DNA of 64,000 nucleotides from a bacterium (GTDB lineage Bacteria; JAAXHH01): NCBI GenBank assembly GCA_965240335.1, contig CBDEKM010000008.1, positions 311,072 to 375,071 of the forward strand, read 5' to 3'. Shown piece by piece: positions 63,997 to 64,000 of this stretch (position 1 is its first letter; each line of letters starts with the position of its first letter). The notes under the pieces were generated by a model. It saw only the letters and a program-made list of their open reading frames with translations, ran no database searches and was not told where the DNA came from. The position numbers and the translations under genes were made by a program.

Positions 63997-64000
63997 AACC

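Noticed and set aside
1-64000. tRNA, rRNA, integrase, transposase or phage genes that would define a mobile island around the low-GC segments.
   Set aside because: No T-loop/cloverleaf-like sequences, rRNA-like stretches or recombinase motifs were recognised by eye. The low-GC segments (22.2-22.7, 38.3-39.0, 42.1-43.5 and 45.3-60.4 kb) are therefore flagged only as compositional anomalies.

Overview
High-GC (~62%) bacterial chromosomal window, with gene content suggestive of a Gram-negative FCB-group (Bacteroidota/Rhodothermota-like) lineage; this taxonomic placement is low confidence. No rRNA, tRNA, CRISPR, integrase or transposase was recognised by eye. Left to right the window holds: a GldA/GldF-GldG-type ABC export module followed by a DUF4340-like gene; a putatively Fur-regulated iron-uptake operon (small Cys/His-rich secreted peptide, lipoprotein, TonB-dependent receptor, then a decayed DUF5916 gene); rpmG-rpmB with an apparent frameshift in rpmG; housekeeping genes (MogA, M28 peptidase-DUF6702-HupE/UreJ, SufE, aldo/keto reductases, bifunctional homocysteine methyltransferase/MTHFR); a sugar-kinase::SIS fusion with a Cof-type phosphatase; a sugar/lactone-catabolism-like cluster (Gfo/Idh/MocA, disrupted aldo/keto reductase, RhaM, PhyH, NHL, amidohydrolase-2, two atypical SDRs, lactonase); and acyl-CoA synthetase plus thiolase. 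The most unusual content is: (1) a 2006-aa lipoprotein combining 7 Big_2 domains, four cassettes of plant-type 24-residue LRRs with N- and C-caps, and a C-terminal reprolysin-like domain whose HExxH is HAxxH; (2) a 4264-aa, lower-GC Calx-beta giant protein ending in an autotransporter-like beta-barrel and built from near-identical 1443-bp and 330-bp tandem repeats; (3) three lower-GC genes encoding single-TM-anchored proteins made of near-perfect 11-residue (or 24-residue) repeats, two of them sitting between acyl-CoA synthetase and thiolase; and (4) a periplasmic RidA + YkgJ + Tat-signal SelA-like PLP-enzyme trio. Several genes carry clustered frameshifts or in-frame stops (DUF5916, rpmG, an aldo/keto reductase, a small PGLGQ membrane protein, DUF2723), while a 12.8-kb ORF and a 6-kb ORF are intact. 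The lesions are therefore clustered rather than random; they are either real pseudogenes or localised low-quality assembly.
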